Shown here in pieces: positions 8,112 through 16,384 of a stretch of DNA of 32,000 bases. Origin of the DNA: an uncultured Acidobacteriota bacterium (GTDB lineage Bacteria > Acidobacteriota > Terriglobia > Acidiferrales > UBA7541); contig OY969555.1 in assembly GCA_963701005.1 (NCBI GenBank), forward strand, positions 3,805,105 through 3,837,104, written 5' to 3'. A program made the translations under genes and the position numbers. The notes beneath the pieces are model-generated. The model saw nothing but the letters and a program-made list of their open reading frames with translations, was not told the DNA's origin and searched no databases. Within the stretch, counting starts at the first letter, position 1; each line of letters opens with the position of its first letter.

Positions 8112-8345
8112 ATGGTAGAATCCTTCCCACAGGTATCCGCGATGCGCCTCGTGCCGAATCCTTGGGACCGTTCTTGGTTTGGTTATCTGATGGCGGTTCT
8201 CATTGGATTATTCTTGGTAGCGGGATTGTGGGTGGCGATTCGGAGTAGGGCTTGGATTCTTGGACTGGTATGGTTGGTGCTTCTCGCGGGCGCTGTAATT
8301 ACATGGGTACGCGACCTGTGCAATGCCATCCAGCGAAAGCCATGA
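8112..8345 (+). CDS. small membrane protein (2 TM)
   Basis: Hydrophobic segments WFGYLMAVLIGLFLVAGLWVAI and ILGLVWLVLLAGAVITWV. Its stop overlaps the next gene's start in an ATGA at 8342-8345. An alternative start exists at 8142. Confidence 0.45.
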   Translation: MVESFPQVSAMRLVPNPWDRSWFGYLMAVLIGLFLVAGLWVAIRSRAWILGLVWLVLLAGAVITWVRDLCNAIQRKP

Positions 8346-9280
8346 AAGTGAACATCGCTATCATTCCCCGAGCTTTTCTTATACTTTCGGCTTCTCTCGC
8401 TCCTTTATTCGCGCAGATCCCCAGCCAGCAGCAACAGCCGGAGTTCATCAAGCAGGGCCAGCAATTGATGCGCGAGGGAAAGTTGGATGACGCGCTGGCG
8501 CTGTATCGTAAGACTCTCCAACTCTCGCCGGATTCCGGTCCGGCTAACATCGCGGCAGGAAGCGTCCTCGACCTCATGGGTCAGGGAGAAGAGGCCCGCC
8601 TGTATTTTGCGAAAGCTATCCAAGTGGCGGACACGCCGGAGAACAATGCAATCACGCAAAGAGCGACGGCGATGTCGTATGCCTTTGAAGGAGATTGCAG
8701 GAAAACTGTCAAATACGAACAGCGGGTCTTCGACTATTTTGGCAGCGTGAAGAACTTTTTTCAGCAGGGCGAGATTGCCGACGAGGCCGCTCGCGTTTGC
8801 ATTGACACGGGTGACTTAGATACCGCGTACCACTGGTATCAGGTAGGCCATGACTCTGGACTGAAAGAACCCGACATCAACCCGGCTCGCCAAGACCTAT
8901 GGGAGTTTCGTTGGGAGCACGCGCAGGCTCGTATCGCTGCCCGGCGAGGAGACCAAGCGGAGGCGCAGAAGCACGTCGCTGCTGCGAAGGCAATTCTCGA
9001 CAAGGGAACCAATCCCGAGCAGGCGCAATTCCTTCCCTATCTGCAAGGATATGTCGCGTTCTACGGTGGGGATTACAAGACGGCACTTGAGGAACTGTTA
9101 AAGGCAAACCAGAACGATCCGTTCATCCAATGCATGATTGGCCAGAGCTACGAGAAGCTAGACGACAAGGACAAAGCAATTGAATTCTACCGCAAGGCCT
9201 CGACAGGATTCGCGCATAATCCCGCTGCCGCATTTTCTGTACCGCTGGCTAAGAAGAAACTTGCTTCGCTGCGGGGCTAG
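8342..9280 (+). CDS. exported TPR-repeat protein
   Basis: Start placed at the internal ATG at 8342, giving the signal peptide MKVNIAIIPRAFLILSASLAPLFAQ. Repeated TPR-like helices are visible (GKLDDALALYRKTLQLSPD, GDYKTALEELLKANQNDP, DDKDKAIEFYRKA). Confidence 0.7.
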   Translation: MKVNIAIIPRAFLILSASLAPLFAQIPSQQQQPEFIKQGQQLMREGKLDDALALYRKTLQLSPDSGPANIAAGSVLDLMGQGEEARLYFAKAIQVADTPENNAITQRATAMSYAFEGDCRKTVKYEQRVFDYFGSVKNFFQQGEIADEAARVCIDTGDLDTAYHWYQVGHDSGLKEPDINPARQDLWEFRWEHAQARIAARRGDQAEAQKHVAAAKAILDKGTNPEQAQFLPYLQGYVAFYGGDYKTALEELLKANQNDPFIQCMIGQSYEKLDDKDKAIEFYRKASTGFAHNPAAAFSVPLAKKKLASLRG

Positions 9281-9344
9281 TATTTTTCAGCTTTGAGTCT
9301 GTCACGCATTTTTCGCGTCCGTTGGGGCGATTCCTGGTTTGGTT

Positions 9345-9527
9345 ATGGCGAGAGAACCTGAACTGAATGAGGCGTGCGAATTCTGCTACGCGCTAGCAGT
9401 TGCGGTCTGCATCCAATGCGGAACTGCCGTGTGCAAGGAATGCGCGGAAATTAGAAACGGGCGGACGGTTTGCAATGATTGCATCGAAGGCGAGGATCGT
9501 GAGTTCGAGGCTGGCGGCGAAGGCTAA
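9345..9527 (+). CDS. small zinc-binding protein with four CxxC pairs
   Basis: CEFC-x7-CIQC-x4-CKEC-x9-CNDC within 60 aa, followed by an acidic tail. I chose the ATG at 9345 over the TTG at 9339. Confidence 0.5.
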   Translation: MAREPELNEACEFCYALAVAVCIQCGTAVCKECAEIRNGRTVCNDCIEGEDREFEAGGEG

Positions 9528-9644
9528 CGCCCCTTTCAGAATTGCTCGCGGATTTCCTGCCTGACTTGCTCTTGCTCATCTGGACACAATGCCTCGAACG
9601 AGTCGGTAGTGTCCCTATTTGATTTCCTTTCCCTGCTGTCAAGA

Positions 9645-10367
9645 TCATGATTGCGTAGGAGCCGTCATCTCACGCAGTCCAGTTAACACTTCGTTTCTGA
9701 AGTTGTAAATGAGCCTGTCCAACTCCCATCCGTTTAGGCCAGCGCGAGCCGCCACGTTCACATAAAACTGCTCTTCTTCATCGTAACTGCCGAAGGAGAG
9801 CCCTAACTCTCTAGAGACCGACTTGATTCGTTCATCTACCGCTATGGATTGGCGAAAGTCAGGATGGTAGACAATCATTAGAATGTTTCGCGCGTACTTT
9901 GGGCCGATGCCTTTGAATCGCTCTAGGAACTCAATTTTGCTTTCACGGGTGGAATTACGTAAGAGTCCAGCCTTGGCAGCAGCAGGACCGCCCATTGCCA
10001 CGATCCGGTCAAAGTTCTCGGCCAACCATTCAGCTTTCTTATCCGGCATGCGCACCTTGGCAGCGTGAAGTGTTTCCTTCAGAATTCGCAGGCGATCCGC
10101 GGGGGACGAAAGAGACAGCGATTCGAACGTAACCTTGCTATAGTTGACGGGGTCGAGGATTAAACCCTGATATCCTCTCGAACTGCCCATTGTTGCGAAA
10201 CTCTCAACCAGGAAGTGCCACACAAAGTCAGGCCGGTTTAACTGCCGCTCGTTTCTCTTCAATTCGTCGAGCTTACTGTAGTGAAGTGTCGCGAGCGCTT
10301 TCACGACGTACGCCAAGCGCTCGCAGGCGCTCTGTTGTGTCACGGGCTGACTCCGAAATGACTCCAT
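9645..10367 (-). CDS. HhH-GPD superfamily DNA glycosylase-like protein
   Basis: A helix-hairpin-helix motif (FKGIGPKYARNILM) is followed about 20 residues later by IAVDERIKSVSRELGL. This parallels the GxGxKTA...VDTHVxRv pattern of Nth/OGG-type enzymes and includes a Lys at the Nth catalytic position. I prefer the ATG at 10367 over the GTG at 10415. Confidence 0.55.
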   Translation of the reverse strand: MESFRSQPVTQQSACERLAYVVKALATLHYSKLDELKRNERQLNRPDFVWHFLVESFATMGSSRGYQGLILDPVNYSKVTFESLSLSSPADRLRILKETLHAAKVRMPDKKAEWLAENFDRIVAMGGPAAAKAGLLRNSTRESKIEFLERFKGIGPKYARNILMIVYHPDFRQSIAVDERIKSVSRELGLSFGSYDEEEQFYVNVAARAGLNGWELDRLIYNFRNEVLTGLREMTAPTQS

Positions 10368-10503
10368 CTTCCCCTGCTGTCTGAGACACGAACGAACCTT
10401 CCGCAAGATTAGCACACAACTAGATAGTATATAAAGTAAATCCTCAGCATCTCTTGCCGTAGCATGTGGCTATCGCTGCCGACGCCCTTTCGCGCTGAGC
10501 AAT

Positions 10504-11295
10504 TCATACCACCCCCAATATCCAACCTTCGATTTCGGCCGCTTTTCGGTCGTTGGGCCCAAGATCCGGATTGAAATACCGCTCAAGGCTTCCATCACAG
10601 TCCGTCCGCCGCAGCCATTCAGTGATACTAAAGGCATCGTGCTGATCGGGCGTTCTCCCTGCGATTGGAAAAGTCCTGCTCCAAAGCGCAGGATAGGTTT
10701 CCGCGAGCACCGACGAATTAGGCGGCACACTCCAACCATCGAACGGCCAAAAATGTACGTGGTCCTTTGCGTGCTGCCGGATATAGCGCAGCCACGGAAT
10801 TCCTGCGTGCGTGGATTTCGCCACGGCCCCCTTCACATCGAAATGAAACACCGATTTAGCTGTACGCGCTCGCAGTTCAGTCAACCTCCGCCAGCGGGGA
10901 TTGCCTGACCGGGCTGCACCGTTTCCGCTGCTGCCGTATCGCACAAAATCGACGTAGATGTCCTCGTCGGTCGGCCAGTGGCGCTGAAAATCATCTAGGA
11001 ATGACGGCCAGTCAAGCGGCAATCCATGATGCTCGAAATATTTTAGCGGGAACGAAAATCCGTGATCGATACCGACGAGCGTTGGCACCCCCTCGGCGAG
11101 CCTCTCGACCAACCACTCAGCAATGCCCCTGCGAGTCCAGTATTTACGCGGGCTGGGCGGTGGCTGGACTTCCAGCGGGGTATTCAAGCGGTCGGCCGCG
11201 AAAACGCGCAAACCACTGAGGCTAGATCTTGGTGTCTCTGCACCGGAGTAGTCGATCCCGATATACCGCTCGAATACGGGGTTCACTTGTGCCAC
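10504..11295 (-). CDS. DUF429-like predicted RNase H-fold nuclease
   Basis: GTG start. The N-terminal YIGIDYSGA, central LVGIDHGFSFP, ETYPALW, and C-terminal DQHDAFSITEWL ... EGWILGV match my recollection of DUF429/RNase H-like proteins. The assignment is tentative. Confidence 0.45.
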   Translation of the reverse strand: MAQVNPVFERYIGIDYSGAETPRSSLSGLRVFAADRLNTPLEVQPPPSPRKYWTRRGIAEWLVERLAEGVPTLVGIDHGFSFPLKYFEHHGLPLDWPSFLDDFQRHWPTDEDIYVDFVRYGSSGNGAARSGNPRWRRLTELRARTAKSVFHFDVKGAVAKSTHAGIPWLRYIRQHAKDHVHFWPFDGWSVPPNSSVLAETYPALWSRTFPIAGRTPDQHDAFSITEWLRRTDCDGSLERYFNPDLGPNDRKAAEIEGWILGVV

Positions 11296-11304
11296 GCCAA
11301 CTCG

Positions 11305-11318
11305 CCCCTCGCAAGGGG
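11305..11318 (-). promoter_or_regulatory. hairpin that includes the SD-like sequence of the DUF429-like gene
   Basis: On the minus strand the sequence is CCCCTtgcgAGGGG. The 3' arm is part of GAGGGG, 9 nt upstream of the GTG start at 11295. A second GC hairpin (11334-11346, GCCCGtgcCGGGC) lies just after the upstream gene's stop. Confidence 0.3.
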
Positions 11319-11355
11319 AAGAATTTTTGCTTTGCCCGTGCCGGGCAGGATTACC

Positions 11356-12021
11356 TTACCAAGGGGGCCTACTTTTCATCTCAGGATTGACAAAGATGTG
11401 TAAACGGCTGTTTCGGTCGTCCCAACTTAGGTCGAGCCATTGATTCGGTTCCGATTGTTTCCGATCGGATTTGTCCCAATTCATAAATGTAGAGAAATAC
11501 TCTGTGACAGTGACTAACTGGCAAGGGAACTCTCCCCAGTTTGGCCCGATCACACTGTGCGCCCTGTTAGACCATGATACTGTTACGTGCTTGCCTAACC
11601 ATTTGAACAACTCCCTGACTTTGCTGGAACGCATTTCAATGAGTTGTTGATACAACTCTTCCGTCGCTGGCACGGTCACGGAGCCTTCGCGTATCCATGA
11701 AGAACCGCCGAAGTGCGGTGCCAATCCATTGTGCTTGATGTCTACCCGAACACAGTGTTTCCCTGCCCGCTCGTATACATGGCTCCTGTAATAGACTTTT
11801 GGATATATTTTCTCCGCTTCCTTCCGCACACTCTTTTGAACGTTGTCTGTGCTGCTAACTCCCTGAACGGTCCCGTCATCCTTCTCACCGATGAAGATTT
11901 GCGCTGTGTCGCCGGGCGCGACTGAATTTGCAAATGCCACCATTGTCTTCAATAAGTCCTTGAGATCGCTCTCGACTTTCTTCTCTCTCAGACTATCTTC
12001 AGCCTGCCACACGATATCCAT
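11356..12021 (-). CDS. Schlafen/AlbA_2-like DNA-binding domain protein
   Basis: Start placed at the ATG (complement of 12019-12021) with a GAGGAG SD upstream. SLREKKVESDLKDLLKTMVAFANSVAPGDTAQIFIGEKDDGTVQGV ... WIREGSVTVPATEEL follows the AlbA_2 pattern (E.K...l.k.vvAFAN..GG.l.iGv.ddG.v.G ... R.Gs.t..a). The C-terminal 90 aa or so are unassigned. Confidence 0.6.
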   Translation of the reverse strand: MDIVWQAEDSLREKKVESDLKDLLKTMVAFANSVAPGDTAQIFIGEKDDGTVQGVSSTDNVQKSVRKEAEKIYPKVYYRSHVYERAGKHCVRVDIKHNGLAPHFGGSSWIREGSVTVPATEELYQQLIEMRSSKVRELFKWLGKHVTVSWSNRAHSVIGPNWGEFPCQLVTVTEYFSTFMNWDKSDRKQSEPNQWLDLSWDDRNSRLHIFVNPEMKSRPPW

Positions 12022-12129
12022 TACGCACTCCTCTTTTCCGGGGGCGTCAACATTTGGCGGCAGTCTAGCACGGCCCTGCGTTGGGTGCGTGTCCGGCGGT
12101 TGTTTCGCATTGTTAGTTAGCGCGATAGA

Positions 12130-12861
12130 ATGGCCACCATGAAGAAGGAGCACATTCTCAAAGAACTACGCAGAACCGCTGAGGCGAATGGTGGTGTACC
12201 GCTTGGCAGATTGAGTTTCCTCAAAGAGACGGGTATCAAAGAGTCCGACTGGAAAGGTAAGTTTTGGGCGCGGTGGAACGACGTTGTTCGCGAAGCTGGA
12301 TTAGAGCCCAATCAGAAGCAAGGCGCGTTCGACGAAAGTTTTCTCATCGAGAAACTCATCGCATTGATGCGCGAGTTAGGGCGATTTCCTGTGGTAGCTG
12401 AGCTGCGGATGAAGAAGCGTAGCGATGCCCGCTTTCCGAATTCCAAGGTCTACGAACGACGGTTCGGCACCAAGACGCAGTTAGTGGCAAAGATTAGAGA
12501 TTACTGTCATGGGCGCACGGGATCCGATGATGTTGTGGCGATGTGCTCCGCGGTCATCGACCATCAGGGTCTCGAAACTGAGAGCGATGCCGAGTCTGAA
12601 GAAAGCATCGGGTTCATTTATCTTATGAAGTCAGGGCGCTTCTACAAAATTGGCAGAAGTAACGCAGCCGGCAGAAGGGAGTACGAACTCGCGATACAGC
12701 TTCCCGAAAAGCTGAGGACGGTTCATGCGATACGAACCGATGACCCAGCGGGCATAGAAGAGTACTGGCACAAACGGTTCGCAGCAAAGCGAAAGAACGG
12801 AGAATGGTTTGACCTAGATTCCAAGGACATCGCTGCATTCAGACGGCGTAAGTTCATGTGA
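12130..12861 (+). CDS. T5orf172 (GIY-YIG-like) domain protein with two N-terminal homing-endonuclease-associated repeats
   Basis: The C-terminus reads GFIYLMKSGRFYKIGRSNAAGRREYELAIQLPEKLRTVHAIRTDDPAGIEEYWHKRFAAKRKNGEWFDL. The N-terminus has two repeats of the type ...LRRTAEANGGVPLGRLSF...FWARWNDVVREAGL and ...LMRELGRFPVVAEL...RRFGTKTQLVAKI. Confidence 0.75.
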   Translation: MATMKKEHILKELRRTAEANGGVPLGRLSFLKETGIKESDWKGKFWARWNDVVREAGLEPNQKQGAFDESFLIEKLIALMRELGRFPVVAELRMKKRSDARFPNSKVYERRFGTKTQLVAKIRDYCHGRTGSDDVVAMCSAVIDHQGLETESDAESEESIGFIYLMKSGRFYKIGRSNAAGRREYELAIQLPEKLRTVHAIRTDDPAGIEEYWHKRFAAKRKNGEWFDLDSKDIAAFRRRKFM

Positions 12862-12937
12862 AAAAGCGTTCATGTCGAAGAACCTTGAAGATTTCCTGTG
12901 CTGCGATCCGACTCGGCGACGCGGTTGAGGTGAACAG

Positions 12938-13939
12938 GTGGCACTCAATCAACAAAATTCCTTTGTGACTTTGGGAGGGGAGTGTTTTCAAGTCGAATTT
13001 CAAAGGACTGTGGTGGACATTCACAGGGACGGAGTGTTCTACCACTTTCACATGACAGACTTGAAATCGGGGAGAGGCAAGCGCCTGGTTTCCCTCGTAA
13101 TACCGACCGACAGTCCCGGCCTCGAAAACGCACGTCTTAATACTATCCGACGAGCATTCGATTCAGGCGCGTTCAGTTTCGATGATCCACACGACCAAAT
13201 CACCTACAGGGAATTACCGTTCACAGCCGATGATTTGCGTCCTCAACCCAGAGCGAGCGAGACCGAAATCAGACAACTAATCATGAATGAAGCGTATTGG
13301 TTGAGTTGGAAACTTGGAGGTCGTCAGCCAGTGCAGTCCGATAGTCCCGTCGATCTTGACTATCTCGGGGTGGCCGCCGGCGTTATCCAGCAGAATCAGT
13401 GGTTTCTGGAGCGAAAAGGAATGCTTGTGGAGTCCAAGGTAGCCGGATTAGGGCGACCAACGGAGAAGCTGATTGAGGTTTGTGAATCCAGCCAGGTCAC
13501 TCAAGCGACGAGTGAGTTGGTGTTTCCCCCGAAATCGCAATACACTGCATTCAAAGCCATAACAAATATCTTCCAGTCCGCGAAAAAGGAAATCTTGATC
13601 GTGGACAATTACCTTGATGCGGACATCTTAGATATGCTCGCGGCCCTGCCTAGCAAGCCTGCGGTTAGAATCCTAACTCACAAGCCTAATGCGAACTTCA
13701 AAGTGGCAGTTACCAGGTTCGTGAGTCAATACGGCGGGTCAATCGATGTGAGGCTTCACGCTGCTCAAATCCACGACAGGGCGATTGTCATTGATGACAT
13801 GGAGTTTTACGCTTTAGGTGGGTCGATTAAAGACTTAGGCAAAAATCTTTCTCTCATGAACAAATTGGCAGATCCCTCTGCAATAGGGACGCTTCGAGCA
13901 ACCCTTGCCGGAATTTGGGGCTCAGCGTCAGTGCTGTAG
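12938..13939 (+). CDS. protein with C-terminal single HKD-like (PLD superfamily) motif, Lys replaced by Arg
   Basis: GTG start with a GAGGTG SD 5 nt upstream. HDRAIVIDDMEFYALGGSIKD is encoded at 13772-13834. It has the HxKxxxxD spacing (H-D-R-A-I-V-I-D) and a GGSxK element one or two residues later than the canonical GSxN. It is preceded by KKEILIVDNYLD. The N-terminal 200 aa or so are unassigned. Confidence 0.5.
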   Translation: MALNQQNSFVTLGGECFQVEFQRTVVDIHRDGVFYHFHMTDLKSGRGKRLVSLVIPTDSPGLENARLNTIRRAFDSGAFSFDDPHDQITYRELPFTADDLRPQPRASETEIRQLIMNEAYWLSWKLGGRQPVQSDSPVDLDYLGVAAGVIQQNQWFLERKGMLVESKVAGLGRPTEKLIEVCESSQVTQATSELVFPPKSQYTAFKAITNIFQSAKKEILIVDNYLDADILDMLAALPSKPAVRILTHKPNANFKVAVTRFVSQYGGSIDVRLHAAQIHDRAIVIDDMEFYALGGSIKDLGKNLSLMNKLADPSAIGTLRATLAGIWGSASVL

Positions 13940-14003
13940 TGAATTTGTTCGGAAAGAGAATTCCACTGCAATGCTCCGATAGCGGCCTGTAGTTCAAGGA
14001 TAA

Positions 14004-14174
14004 ATGGAGATGCCCCTGGCCGAGCCAACCGACGAACGCTGCGGGAAATGCGGTGCGGAAATCGACCCGAGCCGCAGGGTTGACTTCACGCTGAAGGACG
14101 GCACGAGGGTGTGTGATTCTTGCTTCGTGAAGGGAACGGGGAGGCCGACGCGCTCCGAAGGAAAATCGTTTTGA
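14004..14174 (+). CDS. small zinc-ribbon protein, 56 aa (below the ORF-track cutoff)
   Basis: Hand translation: MEMPLAEPTDERCGKCGAEIDPSRRVDFTLKDGTRVCDSCFVKGTGRPTRSEGKSF, with TGA at 14172-14174. It contains CxxC-x19-CxxC and has an AAGGA SD upstream. I prefer it over the antisense 113-aa ORF. Confidence 0.45.
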   Translation: MEMPLAEPTDERCGKCGAEIDPSRRVDFTLKDGTRVCDSCFVKGTGRPTRSEGKSF

Positions 14175-14193
14175 ATTCGCGCACGGAGACAAC

Positions 14194-14376
14194 ATGCTTC
14201 ACTCGAATCGGGAGAAAATCATGAAAAAGAAAGTGCAAGAGGATTCCGCCCATGCTCTTAGTCCGGCTTTGAAAGACTTTATTGATTCCTGCTTAGTCCC
14301 AATCCTAGTCAAAGAGTATTTGGAGCAGGCTTCAAAACCCTCTCTGGAGTCTCATCCGAGCGAACGAATCAAGTAG
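14194..14376 (+). CDS. hypothetical small protein
   Basis: 60 aa with a GGAGA SD upstream. An alternative ATG at 14221 also has a GGGAGA. No domain recognised. Confidence 0.3.
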   Translation: MLHSNREKIMKKKVQEDSAHALSPALKDFIDSCLVPILVKEYLEQASKPSLESHPSERIK

Positions 14377-14514
14377 GACAAGAGCGAATCTAATGAGAGT
14401 CTTTGATCTTAACTGCTAGGCCGGTGAATTCGGACCCTCTTTTGATACCGAACCAGAGTTAACGCTCAGATCAATTAAATCGATACATGGACTGCGGGAG
14501 GAAACGCGGATCCT

Positions 14515-14721
14515 ATGAACGTGAACCGCAAACTGGCTGATGGGGTCGAATTGGTGAAGGAAGCTACCTTCTGGCCAGAAGGCAGATGGTCTATCCGTCG
14601 CGGCGAATTCGTTTGGAGCAAGACTGACGGATGGAAAAAATACTATGAAGTGCCAGGGCGGGACTCACGTTTCAAGCCCGCAGAGGAAGCGATGGCGGCA
14701 TGGGAGAGTTCATCGCCCTAA
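14515..14721 (+). CDS. hypothetical small protein
   Basis: 68 aa with a GGGAGGA SD about 12 nt upstream of the ATG. The sequence is Trp-rich (FWPEGRWSIRRGEFVWSKTDGWKKYY). No domain recognised. Confidence 0.4.
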   Translation: MNVNRKLADGVELVKEATFWPEGRWSIRRGEFVWSKTDGWKKYYEVPGRDSRFKPAEEAMAAWESSSP

Positions 14722-14765
14722 CACAACTCGCCGGTGTCGGCTGCATTCCCCGCTGCCTGCGTCTT

Positions 14766-15515
14766 TCAAATAACTCGAATAATCTCGGCTACTGTCAAAG
14801 GGTTGGTTCGTATCTCGTAGGTGTAGGTAATGAGCGGGCCAGAGATTTCATCAACGAGAGTCACAAGAACAAAAAACTTGGTTGCCTCAAGTGCGAAGTA
14901 AGAAGGTTCCTTGCGCTTGCTCACGCTGTGCCTATTATCCTGAACCGCTACAAGCGTTTGTTCCAGCTCCATCGCCAGAATCAATTCTTTGGTGTTTGTG
15001 AGAGTGAATCCGACAGAATTAAAATCTTCATCTAGCCAGTTACCGTGATTGACTCGACCAAATTCTGTCCAACTTTGCCGCGTACCAATGTTAGATGTCG
15101 TCTGGTACGACAATCGTGCTGCTATGTTTGTGCCGCGACGATCAGATGAAGGTTTTCTCATGCGGAATGTTGCAAGCACGGCTCTTACGACATTTCCACC
15201 CTCAGTGAATCCATCATCTTCATCGGTAACAAAGCAGATTCGGGGTTTCAAGCTATACAGTTCGGGTCTATTGGTTTCGACTCGGTCAGCAGATCGCGGA
15301 ACTGCAGTTGCGGGGGATTTCTTCTGAGGGTTTTCGGGCGCGATTACTAGCTGAGGCAAATTGAAGGTGGGGGATACCGTTATAACGGGCGATTGTGTCA
15401 CGGCGTTGGTCGCCGTCTTGCGCGAAGAATCGAGCCAATGCTTGATGAAAATTAACACAATGGGCACAAGCACTACGCCGATCACCCATTGGTAGTGAGC
15501 AGAAAGCCAGTTCAC
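14766..15515 (-). CDS. membrane-anchored hypothetical protein
   Basis: GTG start. N-terminal TM segment WVIGVVLVPIVLIFI, then a Pro-rich linker and a globular domain of about 150 aa. No domain recognised. Confidence 0.5.
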   Translation of the reverse strand: MNWLSAHYQWVIGVVLVPIVLIFIKHWLDSSRKTATNAVTQSPVITVSPTFNLPQLVIAPENPQKKSPATAVPRSADRVETNRPELYSLKPRICFVTDEDDGFTEGGNVVRAVLATFRMRKPSSDRRGTNIAARLSYQTTSNIGTRQSWTEFGRVNHGNWLDEDFNSVGFTLTNTKELILAMELEQTLVAVQDNRHSVSKRKEPSYFALEATKFFVLVTLVDEISGPLITYTYEIRTNPLTVAEIIRVI

Positions 15516-15599
15516 GTTACGATTCTACCACCACGCCCGCCACACCTCGCTTTGGGGCACTTGACCATCTTCGGCGGGTCACGATATGCGAAGACGCTT

Positions 15600-16190
15600 T
15601 CAGTTTTTCGGCTGAGACTTCATTTTTGTGAGTGCTGCATCGCATTCCATTGCGGTATTGAATGGATTCTCGGCCAAGGCTTCTTCTCCCTTGACATACC
15701 GCCGATACAGCACTGACGCATTCTCGGAGAGCGTGTAGAAGGATTCGGAAACGGCGGTGCAGTTTTGTGACAGCAGTAGATAGCTTTCTCCCTCAGCAGA
15801 ATCTCCAGATACCGTGCTCTGCACGCTTCGTTTGATTGCCTCTGCCGTACAAAGGGCGGCGTCTCTTGAAGCGTCATCCAACATCATTATGAAATCGACC
15901 CCAAACACGGTGTTAAATTTCTGGGGTTGTTTGCCGATTGCTTTGGACATCGCTCTCAACCCTTCGATAATTGTTTTGTCATCGGCAACGCCCGCCTCCG
16001 ATTTCATCAGCCTTTCTTGTAAATTTACCGCAGCCTGATAGCCAACAAGTGCGCGATCCGTCTGCGTCATGACCAATGTAATCTCTTCGTCTTTGGGGAA
16101 CACCTCTTTCTGGCCCTGCGCCACGGGACAAACGAGAATGCTCGTCAGAGCGCAAACACTTATCAGTCCGAAAATGGCGCTGGTTTTCAT
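15600..16190 (-). CDS. exported hypothetical protein
   Basis: Start placed at the internal ATG (complement of 16188-16190) with an AAAGGA SD upstream. Signal peptide MKTSAIFGLISVCALTSILVCPVAQG. The rest is mostly helical-looking. Confidence 0.5.
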   Translation of the reverse strand: MKTSAIFGLISVCALTSILVCPVAQGQKEVFPKDEEITLVMTQTDRALVGYQAAVNLQERLMKSEAGVADDKTIIEGLRAMSKAIGKQPQKFNTVFGVDFIMMLDDASRDAALCTAEAIKRSVQSTVSGDSAEGESYLLLSQNCTAVSESFYTLSENASVLYRRYVKGEEALAENPFNTAMECDAALTKMKSQPKN

Positions 16191-16384
16191 TTGCGTCCTT
16201 TTTGAAATCTTCGCAAATAATAAACGAAGGCTGTTCATCGGTGTGAAGATTACGCTCTCGGTCTGTAATTGGTCAATAACGTCTGATAGAATCGCGGCTT
16301 CCAAGAGACGCACACGGACGAGGAAAGCGCTTGGCAGACACACGCATCCAAATTGAAGTAGAGGATTGGGTGAGACGCAATTAG

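Noticed and set aside
13854-14195. A 113-aa minus-strand ORF.
   Set aside because: It has no motif or SD. The plus-strand 56-aa CxxC...CxxC ORF with an AAGGA SD fits better.
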